Of a DNA stretch of 64,000 nucleotides, positions 1 through 13,200 are shown piece after piece. Each line of letters starts with the position of its first letter. Within the stretch, counting starts at the first letter, position 1. Both the position numbers and the translations under genes were made by a program. The stretch is from Anaeramoeba ignava BMAN (Eukaryota > Protista > Anaeramoebae): NCBI GenBank assembly GCA_028826165.1, contig JAPDFW010000139.1, positions 57,309-121,308 of the forward strand, read 5' to 3'. Under the pieces are notes generated by a model, which was not told the DNA's origin, made no database searches, and saw only the letters and a program-made list of their open reading frames with translations.

Positions 1-3000
1 TTTGCTTCGTGAAGCTGGACTCTTGATTTGGGAGTTAATGATGTTATTGAAATATCTTCCAATTTAAGCGATTTGGTTTTTGGTTTTGATTTCTGGATTT
101 GTTCTTTCAGTTCTGAACTTTCCAATTCAAGTTTTTGGATTTTTTCTTTTAATTCTTGAACTTTTTTGTCTCTTCCAAAAAATGTTCTCACTCTCTTTTT
201 TTCTTCTTGTTTTTTTTGAAGTTGTGCTTTTTGTGTAATTTCTTGTAATATTTGTTTCTTCTCATTAATTTTCTGTTTTAAAATACTAACTGAATCCAAA
301 TGGCTTTTGTTTTTATTTTCCAAATTTTTCTTCAATGTATCAATTTCAAAGTTTTTTGAGTTGATTTTTTCTTTTAATTCTTCAATTTTTTTGATTTGAT
401 TTTTTCTGTTTTTAATATTAGATTCTAAGCTTTGAATTTTTTTTTCCAAGTTTTCTTTTTCAGTGAGTTCTCTTGCTTGTTTTGATTCAAGTAACTGTGT
501 TACTTTTTGTTTTTTTGATTGAATAAGTTGATTATCATTAATTAAATTTTGGAGATATTCTTGAAGTTCCAAAATTTGTGAATTGTCTTCTAATTGTTTT
601 GTTTGTTGTGGAATTTCAATTTTTTGAATATAATCTGTTGGAACAATTCCTTCTTTTCCTTCTTGATTTTTAACGTGTGTCCATTCTCCCATATCTTTAA
701 CTTTATAAACAATTTCTCCTTCATTTACATTTAATTCTTCAGGATTTTCTGCAATAAAAGAATATAATAATTTGTATTGTTCTTGTTTAACTTCAATTTT
801 GGTTTCAATTATATCTTTGGGTTTTTCTTGAATTTCTTTAATTTCAATTTTTTGAATATAATTTGTTGGAACAATTCCTTCTTTTCCTTCTTTATTTTTA
901 ACGTGTGTCCATTCTCCTTGATCTTCAACTTTATAAACAATTTCTCCTTCATTTACATTTAATTCTTCAGGATTTTCTGCAATAAAAGAATATAATAATT
1001 TGTATTGTTCTTCTTTAACTTCAATTTTGGTTTCAATTATATCTTTGGGTTTTTCTTTAATTATATCTTTGGATTTTTCTTGAATTATATCTTTGGATTT
1101 TTCTTCAATTATTTCTTTTGGTTTTTCTTCAATTATATCTTTAGGTTTTGGAGGAAGTTGAATATCTTTAGGTTTTGGAGGAAGTTGAATATCTTTGGGT
1201 TTTGGAGGAAGTTGAATATCTTTAGGTTTTGGAGGAAGTTGAATATCTTTAGGTTTTGGAGGAAGTTGAATATCTTTAGGTTTTGGAGGAAGTTGAATAT
1301 CTTTTGGTTTTGGAGGAAGTTGAATATCTTTAGGTTTTGGAGGAAGTTGAATATCTTTGGGTTTTGGAGGAAGTTGAATATCTTTTGGTTTTTCTTTAAT
1401 TATATCTTTAGGTTTTTCTTGAATTATATCTTTTGGTTTTTCTTCAATTATTTCTTTTGATTTTTCTTCAATTATTTCTTTTGATTTTTCTTCAATTATA
1501 TCTTTTGGTTTTTCTTTAATTTCTTTAATTTCAATTTTTTGAATATAATCTGTTGGAACAATTCCTTGTTTTCCTTCTTGGTTTCTAACAAGTGTCCATT
1601 CTTCCATATCTTTAATTTTATAAACAATTTCTCCTTCATTTACATTTAATTCTTCAGGATTTTCAGCAATAAAAGAATATAATAATTTATATTGTTCTTC
1701 TTTAACTTCAATTTTGGTTTCAATTATATCTTTGGGTTTTTCTTGGAGTTCTTGAATTTCAATTTTTTGAATATAATTTGTTGGAACAATTCCTTCTTTT
1801 CCTTCTTTGTTTCTAACAAGTGTCCATTCTTCCATATCTTTAATTTTATAAACAATTTCTCCTTCATTTGCATTTAATTCTTCAGGATTTTCAGCAATAA
1901 AAGAATATAATAATTCGTATTGTTCTTCTTTAACTTCAATTTTGGTTTCAATTATATCTTTGGGTTTTTCTTCAATTATTTCTTTTGGCTTTTCTTCAAC
2001 TTCTTGAATTATATCTTTGGATTTTTCTTCAATTATATCTTTGGGTTTTTCTTGAACTTCTTGAATTTCTTGAATTTCAATTTTTTGAATATAATCTGTT
2101 GGAACAATTCCTTGTTTTCCTTCTTGGTTTCTAACAAGTGTCCATTCTTCCATATCTTTAACTTTATAAACAATTTCTCCTTCATTTGCATTTAATTCTT
2201 CAGGATTTTCAGCAATAAAAGAATATAATAATTCGTATTGTTCTTCTTTAACTTCAATTTTGGTTTCAATTATATCTTTGGGTTTTTCTTCAATAATTTC
2301 TTTTGGTTTTTCTTCAATTATTTCTTTTGGTTTTTCTTCAATTATTTCTTTTGGTTTTTCTTTAATTATTTCTTTTGGTTTTTCTTTAATTATTTCTTTT
2401 GGCTTTTCTTCAATTATATCCTTTGGTTTTTCTTTAATTATTTCTTTTGGTTTTTCTTTAATAATTTCTTTGGGTTTTTCTTCAACTTCTTGAATTATAT
2501 CTTTTGGTTTTTCTTTAATTATTTCTTTTGGTTTTTCTTCAATTATTTCTTTTGGTTTTTCTTCAATTATATCTTTTGGCTTTTCTTCAATTATTTCTTT
2601 TGGTTTTTCTTTAACTATTTCTTTTGGTTTTTCTTTAACTATTTCTTTTGGTTTTTCTTTAATTATTTCTTTTGGCTTTTCTTCAATTATATCTTTTGGT
2701 TTTTCTTTAATTATTTCTTTTGGTTTTTCTTTAATAATTTCTTTGGGTTTTTCTTCAACTTCTTGAATTATATCTTTGGGTTTTTCTTCAATTATTTCTT
2801 TTGGCTTTTCTTCAATTATATCTTTTGGTTTTTCTTCAATTATATCTTTTGGTTTTTCTTTAACTATTTCTTTTGATTTTTCTTCAATTATATCTTTTGG
2901 CTTTTCTTCAATAATTTCTTTTGGTTTTTCTTCAACTATTTCTTTTGGCTTTTCTTTAATTATTTCTTTTGGTTTTTCTTTAATTATTTCTTTTGGTTTT

Positions 3001-6000
3001 TCTTTAATTATTTCTTTTGGTTTTTCTTTAATTATTTCTTTTGGTTTTTCTTTAATTATTTCTTTTGGTTTTTCTTCAATTATTTCTTTTGGTTTTTCTT
3101 CAATTATTTCTTTTGGTTTTTCTTCAATTATATCTTTTGGCTTTTCTTCAACTTCTTGAATTTCTTTAATTTCAATTTTTTGAATATAATCTGTTGGAAC
3201 AATTCCTTCTTTTCCTTCTTTGTTTCTAACAAGTGTCCATTCTTCTTGATCTTCAATTTTATAAACAATTTCTCCTTCATTTGCATTTAATTCTTCAGGA
3301 TTTTCAGCAATAAAAGAAAATAATAATTTATATTACTTTGGTTCAATTATATCTTTGGGTTTTTCTTGAATTTCTTTAATTTCAATTTTTTGAATATAAT
3401 CTGTTGGAACAATTCCTTCTTTTCCTTCTTTGTTTCTAACAAGTGTCCATTCTTCTTGATCTTCAATTTTATAAACAATTTCTCCTTCATTTGCATTTAA
3501 TTCTTCAGGATTTTCAGCAATAAAAGAAAATAATAATTTATATTGTTCTTCTTTAACTTCAATTTTGGTTTCAATTATATCTTTGGGTTTTTCTTCAATT
3601 TCTTGAATTTCAATTTTTTGAATATAATCTGTTGGAACAATTCCTTGTTTTCCTTCTTGATTTCTAACAAGTGTCCATTCTTCTTGATCTTCAATTTTAT
3701 AAACAATTTCTCCTTCATTTGCATTTAATTCTTCAGGATTTTCAGCAATAAAAGAAAATAATAATTTATATTGTTCTTCTTTAACTTCAATTTTGGTTTC
3801 AATTATTTCTTTTGGTTTTTCTTCAATTTCTTGAATTTCAATTTTTTGAATATAATCTGTTGGAACAATTCCTTGTTTTCCTTCTTGATTTCTAACAAGT
3901 GTCCATTCTTCCATATCTTTAATTTTATAAACAATTTCTCCTTCATTTGCATTTAACCTAATTTTGGTTTCAATTATTTCTTTTGGTTTTTCTTCAATTT
4001 CTTGAATTTCAATTTTTTGAATATAATCTGTTGGAACAATTCCTTGTTTTCCTTCTTGATTTCTAACAAGTGTCCATTCTTCCATATCTTTAATTTTATA
4101 AACAATTTCTCCTTCATTTGCATTTAATTCTTCTTCACTTTCAGCAATAAAAGAATATAATAATTTATATTGTTCTTCTTTAACTTCAATTTTGGTTTCA
4201 ATTATATCTTTGGATTTTTCTTTAATTATATCTTTGGGTTTTTCTTCAATTATATCTTTGGGTTTTTCTTTAATTATATCTTTTGGTTTTTCTTCAATTA
4301 TTTCTTTTGGTTTTTCTTCAATTATATCTTTTGGTTTTTCTTTAATAATTTCTTTTGGTTTTTCTTGAATTATTTCTTTTGGTTTTTCTTCAATTATTTC
4401 TTTTGGTTTTTCTTCAATTATATCTTTTGGCTTTTCTTCAATTATTTCTTTTGGTTTTTCTTTAATAATTTCTTTGGGTTTTTCTTCAACTTCTTGAATT
4501 ATATCTTTTGGTTTTTCTTCAATTATTTCTTTTGGCTTTTCTTCAACTTCTTGAATTTCTTGAATTTCAATTTTTTGAATATAATCTGTTGGAACAATTC
4601 CTTGTTTTCCTTCTTTGTTTCTAACAAGTGTCCATTCTTCCATATCTTTAATTTTATAAACAATTTCTCCTTCATTTGCATTTAATTCTTCAGGATTTTC
4701 TGCAATAAAAGAATATAATAATTTATATTGTTCTTCTTTAACTTCAATTTTGGTTTCAATTATATCTTTTGGTTTTTCTTCAATTATTTCTTTTGGTTTT
4801 TCTTCAATTATTTCTTTTGGTTTTTCTTTAATTACTTCTTTTGGTTTTTCTTCAATTATTTCTTTTGGTTTTTCTTTAATTATTTCTTTTGGTTTTTCTT
4901 CAATTATTTCTTTTGGTTTTTCTTCAATTATATCTTTTGGCTTTTCTTCAACTTCTTGAATTTCTTGAATTTCAATTTTTTGAATATAATCTGTTGGAAC
5001 AATTCCTTCTTTTCCTTCTTGATTTCTAACAAGTGTCCATTCTTCTTGATCTTCAATTTTATAAACAATTTCTCCTTCATTTACATTTAATTCCTCTTCA
5101 CTTTCTGCAATAAAAGAAAATAATAATTTATATTGTTCTTCTTTAACTTCAATTTTGGTTTCAATTATATCTTTTGGTTTTTCTTCAATTATATCTTTGG
5201 GTTTTTCTTTAATAATTTCTTTGGGTTTTTCTTCAATTATTTCTTTTGGTTTTTCTTCAATTATTTCTTTTGGTTTTTCTTTAATTATTTCTTTAGGTTT
5301 TTCTTCAATTATTTCTTTTGGTTTTTCTTCAACTTCTTGAATTTCTTTAATTTCAATTTTTTGAATATAATCTGTTGGAACAATTCCTTGTTTTCCTTCT
5401 TTGTTTCTAACAAGTGTCCATTCTTCTTGATCTTCAATTTTATAAACAATTTCTCCTTCGTTTGCATTTAATTCTTCTTCACTTTCAGCAATAAAAGAAA
5501 ATAATAATTTATATTGTTCTTCTTTAACTTCAATTTTGGTTTCAATTATATCTTTGGGTTTTTCTTCAATTATATCTTTGGGTTTTTCTTTAATTATATC
5601 TTTTGGTTTTTCTTCAATTATTTCTTTTGGTTTTTCTTCAATTATTTCTTTTGGTTTTTCTTCAATTATTTCTTTTGGTTTTTCTTCAACTTCTTGAATT
5701 TCTTTAATTTCAATTTTTTGAATATAATCTGTTGGAACAATTCCTTCTTTTCCTTCTTGATTTCTAACAAGTGTCCATTCTTCTTGATCTTCAATTTTAT
5801 AAACAATTTCTCCTTCATTTGCATTTAATTCTTCTTCACTTTCAGCAATAAAAGAAAATAATAATTTATATTGTTCTTCTTTAACTTCAATTTTGGTTTC
5901 AATTATATCTTTGGGTTTTTCTTCAATTATTTCTTTTGGTTTTTCTTCAATTATATCTTTGGGTTTTTCTTTAATTATTTCTTTTGGTTTTTCTTTAATA

Positions 6001-8724
6001 ATTTCTTTAGGTTTTTCTTTAATTATTTCTTTTGGTTTTGGAGGAAGTTCTTGAATTTCAATTTTTTGAATATAATCTGTTGGAACAATTCCTTCTTTTC
6101 CTTCTTGATTTCTAACAAGTGCCCATTCTCCCATATCTTTAACTTTATAAACAATTTCTCCTTCATTTGCATTTAATTCTTCTTTAGCTTCAGCGATAAA
6201 AGTGTATAATAATTTATATTGTTCTTCTTTAACTTCAATTTTGGTTTGAATTATATCTTTGGGTTTTTCTTTAATTATTTCTTTGGGTTTTTCTTCAACT
6301 TCTTTAATTTCTTGAATTTCTTTAATTTCAATTTTTTGAATATAATCTGTTGGAACAATTCCTTCTTTTCCTTCTTGGTTTCTAACAAGTGTCCATTCTT
6401 CTTGATCTTCAATTTTATAAACAATTTCTCCTTCATTTGCATTTAATTCTTCTTCACTTTCAGCAATAAAAGAAAATAATAATTTATATTGTTCTTCTTT
6501 AACTTCAATTTTGGTTTCAATTATATCTTTGGGTTTTTCTTCAATTATATCTTTTGGTTTTGGAGGAAGTTGAATATCTTTTGGTTTTGGAGGAAGTTGA
6601 ATATCTTTTGGTTTTGGAGGAAGTTGAATATCTTTTGGTTTTGGAGGAAGTTGAATATCTTTTGGTTTTGGAGGAAGTTGAATATCTTTAGGTTTTGGAG
6701 GAAGTTGAATATCTTTAGGTTTTGGAGGAAGTTGAATATCTTTAGGTTTTTCTTCAATAATTTCTTCAGGTTTTTCTTCAATTATTTCTTTTGGTTTTTC
6801 TTCAATTATATCTTTAGGTTTTTCTTTAACTATTTCTTTTGGTTTTTCTTTAATAATTTCTTTAGGTTTTTCTTTAATTATTTCTTTTGGTTTTTCTTTA
6901 ATTATTTCTTTTGGTTTTTCTTTAATTATATCTTTTGGTTTTTCTTTAATTATATCTTTTGGCTTTTCTTTAATTATATCTTTTGGTTTTGGAGGAAGTT
7001 CTTGAATTTCAATTTTTTGAATATAATCTGTTGGAACAATTCCTTGTTTTCCTTCTTCATTTCTAACAAGTGCCCATTCTCCCATATCTTCAACTTTATA
7101 AACAATTTCTCCTTCATTTGCATTTAATTCTTCTTTAGCTTCAGCGATAAAAGTGTATAATAATTTATATTGTTCTTCTTTAACTTCAATTTTGGTTTGA
7201 ATTATATCTTTGGGTTTTTCTTTAATTATTTCTTTTGGTTTTTCTTCAACTTCTTTAATTTCTTGAATTTCTTTAATTTCAATTTTTTGAATATAATCTG
7301 TTGGAACAATTCCTTCTTTTCCTTCTTGGTTTCTAACAAGTGTCCATTCTCCCATATCTTCAACTTTATAAACAATTTCTCCTTCATTTACATTTAATTC
7401 TTCAGGATTTTCTGCAATAAAAGTGTATAATAATTGATACTTGTCTTTTTCATTTATGATTTTTTGAATATATTCTGTTGGAACAATTCCTTGTTTTCCT
7501 TCTTTGTTTTTAACAAGTGTCCATTCTCCCATATCTTCAACTTTATAAACAATTTCTCCTTCATTTGCATTTAATTCTTCTTTAGCTTCAGCAATAAAAG
7601 AAAATAATAATTTGTATTGTTCTAGTTTAACTTTAACTTCTTTATTTTCTTGAATTTCAATTTTTTGAATATAATCTGTTGGAACAATTCCTTCTTTTCC
7701 TTCTTGATTTCTAACAAGTGTCCATTCTTCCATATCTTTAATTTTATAAACAATTTCTCCTTCATTTGCATTTAATTCTTCTTCAGTTTCAGCAATAAAA
7801 GAAAATAATAATTTATATTGTTCTAGTTCAACTTGGATTACTGATTGTTGGTTATTATCGGAAATATTTTGAGATTTTTCGAATTGCAAATAGTCGAAAG
7901 GAACTAATCCTTCTTGGGCTTTTTTTAATAATAAATTCAATAATAATTTTAATAATTTTAATAATATTTTTAATATTTTTAATAATTTTTAATTTTAATA
8001 TTATTTTTAATAATTTTAATTTTAATAATATTTTTAATAATTTTAATTTAAAAATACCATCTTTTTGGATAATTGCCCAATCTCCGGTTCTCTGCTTAAA
8101 ATAAACAACATCTCCTTGATTAACAGTTACTTCATTAGATGATTCGGCAATAAAATCGAAAAGAATCAAAACTTTTTCCAAGTTATTATTTAATTGTAAC
8201 TTTTTTTTCTTTCCATCATCTTTTACTTTTGATTCGAAATCAGTAAGATCAAAATCAGAAATTAAGTTCATAATCTCAAGAAATTTGGAGTTAAAATATT
8301 GGTCATCAAGAGGTTTTGCCTTTTGAACCGCAATAAAGGAAATAGGGACAGGAATTTTTGAATGATTTGATTGATCCAATAATTTAACGACATAATTATT
8401 GGGTTTTTTTTCAATAATGACAACTTTTTCTTGTGGTTTTAAAGTAACTTTTGGACTGATAACTGTTTCTTGAATAATTTGGCCTTGATCGTGTAAAGAA
8501 AGAAGAAGCTTATTGGCTTGAAAATAGATTGGCTTTAATGTTGACAGTTTCAGTTGAGCTTGTTTTTTTTCTAAAATAACTCGTGCAAGTTGTTCTTTGT
8601 TGTTTTGATACATTTGTTCAATTTTTTTCACTGCTTTTAATTCACTTCGAAGTTTGTTTATTTTATTGCGTAGTAACTTGGTTGTTGGTGAAATTTTGTT
8701 GATTTGTGTTTCTAAAATTGACAT
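1..8724 (-). CDS. Giant multi-SH3 repeat protein (~21 SH3 domains, K/E/P/I-rich linkers, N- and C-terminal coiled coils); runs off the window start
   Basis: ATG at 8724 (MSILETQ). Exon 1 8724-8058, phase-1 GT-AG intron 8057-7919, joining to QKDA-QEGLVPFDYL. Repeated SH3 signature YKLL[FY]SFIAE..EEL.[AV]NEGEIV...EW.LV....GK.GIVPTDYIQ. An in-frame TAA at 3335-3333 interrupts it, but the same frame resumes with 6 more SH3s and a coiled-coil tail to position 1. Confidence 0.9.
1135..1385 (-). repeat. 27-bp coding tandem repeat (DIQLPPKPK) x9
   Basis: ggttttggaggaagttgaatatcttt unit repeated on + strand; translates to QLPPKPK on - strand. Confidence 0.9.
6548..6745 (-). repeat. 27-bp coding tandem repeat (DIQLPPKPK) x7
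   Basis: Visible in ORF 3333..7940 translation. Confidence 0.9.
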
Positions 8725-8893
8725 TTGGAAAGGATAAAATAAAATGATTAAAAATGAATAATAAAAAAATGAAAAAAAAAACAAGAAAAATTTTTTTTTG
8801 CTTTTTTATTTTTTTTTTTTATTTTTTTTTCATTTTTTTTTCCTTCTAAATTTATAAAAAAAAAATTTATAAAAAAAAAAAAGATTTATAAAA

Positions 8894-10063
8894 ATGCTTG
8901 ATTATCTTGATTCGCTTTGGGTTATTTTTGTTGCTATGATTGGAACAATTTTAACTGAAGTTATTAATTATATTTTAATTTATAGACATGATAGTTATAA
9001 AGCATTAAAAGAAAAAATTGAAACAAGAAGTGAAAAACGTAAAAAATTATTTAAAATTAAAACTATAATTAATATTAAAATTAAAATTAAAAATTATAAT
9101 TAAAATTAAAATTAAAATTAAAATTATAATCAAATTTAAAATTAAAATTAAAATTAAAATTAAAATTAAAATTAAAACTAACATTTATAAAATTATTAAA
9201 ATTAAAACTAAAATTTAAAATTATAATTAATATTAAAATTAAAATTAAAATTAAAATTAAAATTATATTTAAATTTAAATTAATATTAAAATTAAAATTA
9301 AAATAAAAATTAAAATTAAAATTAATATTAAAATTAAAATTAAATTTAAATTAAAACTAAAATTAAAATTAAATTTAAATTATAATTAAATTATTTATTT
9401 AGTTCTGAAAGAAAAAAATGTTAGAATTCATGCAGGAAATGAAAAATCACAAAATAAAACTATTAATATTTTAACAGAAGATTTAAAAGATCTTAATATG
9501 CAACTTACTCAAAAAAAAATGGTTAGTACAGTTGCTACTGGTGTTGCTGCATTTTTTTTATTTGGAACTCTTAGAAAATCGTAAAAAATTAAATTAAAAT
9601 TAAAATTAAATTTAAATTAAAATTAAAATTAAAATTAAAATCAAATTTAAAATTAAAATTAAAATTTAAAATTAAAATTAAAATTAAAATTAAAATTAAA
9701 ATTAAAATTAAAATTAAAATTAAAATTTAAATTTAAAATTAAAATTAAAATTAAAATTAAAATTAAAATTAATATTAAAATTAATATTAAAATTAAAATC
9801 GGATAAAAATTTAAATGAAAAATTAAATAAGACTTAATGGTGTTGTTGTTGGAAAAATACCATTTGAACCATTTTCATTAGTAACCAAAATAAGTCATAG
9901 AGGATTACCAGGAACAGATTATACAGAATGTTCATTTGCATTTATTTTAGCATTAGCTATGATGGTTTTACGTGAAATCACACGTAGATTAACAGGATTT
10001 GAACCAAAAAAGAATGAAGCTCCATCAATTTTAGCTCCACCAGATAATTGGCAACCAAAATAA
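8894..10063 (+). CDS. TMCO1: TMCO1 (ER Oxa1-superfamily membrane protein), 3 exons
   Basis: Exons 8894-9038, 9403-9580, 9832-10063 with compatible phases. Motifs ILIYRHDSYKALK and GVVVGKIPFEPF..ISHRGLPGTDYTECSF match the TMCO1 family. Confidence 0.9.
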
Positions 10064-10207
10064 ATAATAAAAATAAAATAAAAAATATACTCAATTTCTT
10101 TCTTTGATCCAAAAAATTTTTTCTTCTTCTTTTTTTTTTCTTTTTGATTCCAAAATAAATTTTTTCAATTTTTTCATTTTTCATTTTTTTTTATTTTTTT
10201 TTTTAAA

Positions 10208-13200
10208 ATGCAAGATTCTCCTCAATTTTTCGATACTTTAATTAATTTAATAAATTTAAAAAAAAAGGATTCACTTGAAGATTTTTTAAAAAAAATTAAT
10301 CCAAATGAATTAAATCGAGTAATAAAATAAAATAATTTGAAAAATAATTTAAATAATTCTTATTTTTTTTTCTTTATTAAAATTAGCATTATGAATATTT
10401 TCATCAAGCTTGTCTTTCAAATTCAATTGAAATTATTGAAACTCTTCTTAAATATGGAGCAAATTTAAATATAACAAGTGTAAAAAAGAATAAAAATAAG
10501 AATAATTTTAATTATAAAAATTTTGATAAAAAAAACCATTTTTAGCCAGTAATTTATTTACAAATTTATTTATAAATTTATTTACAAATTTTTAATATTT
10601 TTTAAATTTATTTATAATATAAATTTATTTACAAATTTATTTTACAAATTTATTTTACAAATTTATTTTACAAATTTATTTTACAAATTTATTTACAAAT
10701 TTTTATTTACAAATTTACAAATTTATTTTACAAATTTATTTACAAATTTATTTTTACAAATTTATTTACAAATTTATTTTACAAATTTATTTTTACAAAT
10801 TTATTTACAAATTTATTTATAAATTTTATTTATAAATTTATTTTACAAATTTATTTTATAATTTATTTATTTATTTTACAAATTTTGTTTTATTTATTTT
10901 TTATTTTTATAAATTTATTTTATAAATTTATTTATATATTTATTTACAAATTTATTTTTTACAAATTTATTTACAAATTTATTTTGGTTAAATTTATTTT
11001 TATAAATTTATTTACAAATTTATTTATAAATTTATTTATTTACAAATTTATTTTACAAATTTATTTATAAATTTATTTATTTTACAAATTTATTTAAAAT
11101 ATTTATAAATTTATTTTAATTATTTATAAATTTTATAAATTTATTTACAAATTTATTTTTTATAAATTTATTTATAAATTTTTGTTGTTTTTTATATTTA
11201 TTTATAAATTTATTTTTATAAATTTATTTTATTTAAATTTATTTACAAATTTATTTTACAAATTTATTTATTTACAAATTTATTTATATATATTTATTTT
11301 ATATATTTATTTTATAAATTTATTGTTTTTAAATTTGTTTTTAGTTGTTTAAATTTATTTTATAAATTTATTTATATTTTTTATTTATAAATTTATTTTA
11401 TAAATTTATTTTATTTTTACAAATTTATTTTTATAAATTTATTTTATTTATTTTATGTTTTTTAAATATTTATTTAAATTTATTTTATTATTATTTATTT
11501 TTACAAATTTATTTTACAAATTTATTTTACAAATTTATTTATTTATAAATTTATTTTAAATATTTATTTTTATTACAGGTTTTACAAATTTATTTTATAC
11601 AAATTTATAAATTTTTTTACAAATTTAACATATTTATTTTTATTTATTTATTTTTTTATTTATTTTACAAATTTATTTTGTTAAATTTATTTTTTATTTA
11701 AATTAAATTATTTATGTAAATTTATTTTTATATTTTTTACAAATTTTTATAAATTTATTTACAAATTTATTTTATATTTATTTATTTATAAATTTATTTT
11801 ACAAATTTATTTACAAATTTATTTATATATTTATTTATAAATTTATTTTAATAAATATTTATTTATGTTGTTTTATTTTTTACAAATTTATTTTACAAAT
11901 TTATTTACAAATTTATTTATTTATAAATTTATTTTATAAATTTATTTATAAATTCTATTTACAAATTTATTTTACATGTTATTTTATATTTATTTATAAA
12001 TTTATTTTTACAAATTTATTTTACAAATTTATTTTTACAAATTTATTTTTACAAATTTTATTTATTTATATTTTATTTTACAAATTTATTTTATGTTTAT
12101 TTTATTTACAAATTTATTTTTAAATATTTATTTATATATTTATTTACAAATTTATTTTAAATATTTATAAATTTATTTTATAAATTTATTTTTTTACAAA
12201 TTTATTTTAAATTTATTTTATATTTATATATAAATTTATTTTAAAATATTTAAATATTTATAAATTTATTTTTTAAATATTTATATTTATTTAATTTATA
12301 AATTTAATTTTATAAATATTTTTATAAATTTATAAATTTTATTTACATATTTATTTACAAATTTATTTTAAATATTTATTTACAAATTTATTTTACAAAT
12401 TTATTACATTTTTATTTACAATTTTTTATTTTATAAATTTATTTATTTACAAATTTATTTTATTAATTTATTTACATTTATTTATTTATTTAATTTATTT
12501 TATAAATTTATTTTATTTATTTTTTATAAATTTATTTTATAAATTTATTTATAAAAATTTTTACAAATTTACAAATTTATTTACAAAATTTATTTACAAA
12601 TTTATTTTTACAAATTTATTTTAAATATTTATTAATTTATTTACATAAATTTATTTATAAATTTATTTATAAATTTATTTATAAATTTATTTATTTAATT
12701 ATTTATAAATTTATTTAAATATTTATAAATTTATTTAAATATTTATAAATTTATTTAAATTATTTATAAATTTATTTAAATATTTATAAATTTATTTAAT
12801 TATTTATAAATTTAGTCTGTAAAATTTTTATTAAATTTTTTCAACTTGAAATATTTAAAATATAAAATAAATATTATTATTTAAAAAGGGAGCAACACCT
12901 CTTTTTCAATCTTGTTGGTATAATTGCTCTCCAAATGTTATTGATTTACTTTTAAAAAATAATGCACAACCAAATATAGAAACTGTAAAAAAAGAAAAAG
13001 AAAAAGAGAAAGATTTGAAAAAGAAAATCTAATAAAGAAAAATTTTTTTAGAATGTAAATTTAATTCGTTATTTATATTTAAAATTTTAAATATTTATAT
13101 TTATTTTTTAAAAAAAAAAGACTGTAAAACTTAATTTGAAAAAAAAATTTTTTTTGAATTGATTTGATTGTAATTGAAATAAAAAATTTTTTTAATAATT

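Noticed and set aside
777-7397. Numerous + strand F/N/W-rich ORFs
   Set aside because: Antisense shadows of the repetitive SH3 gene.
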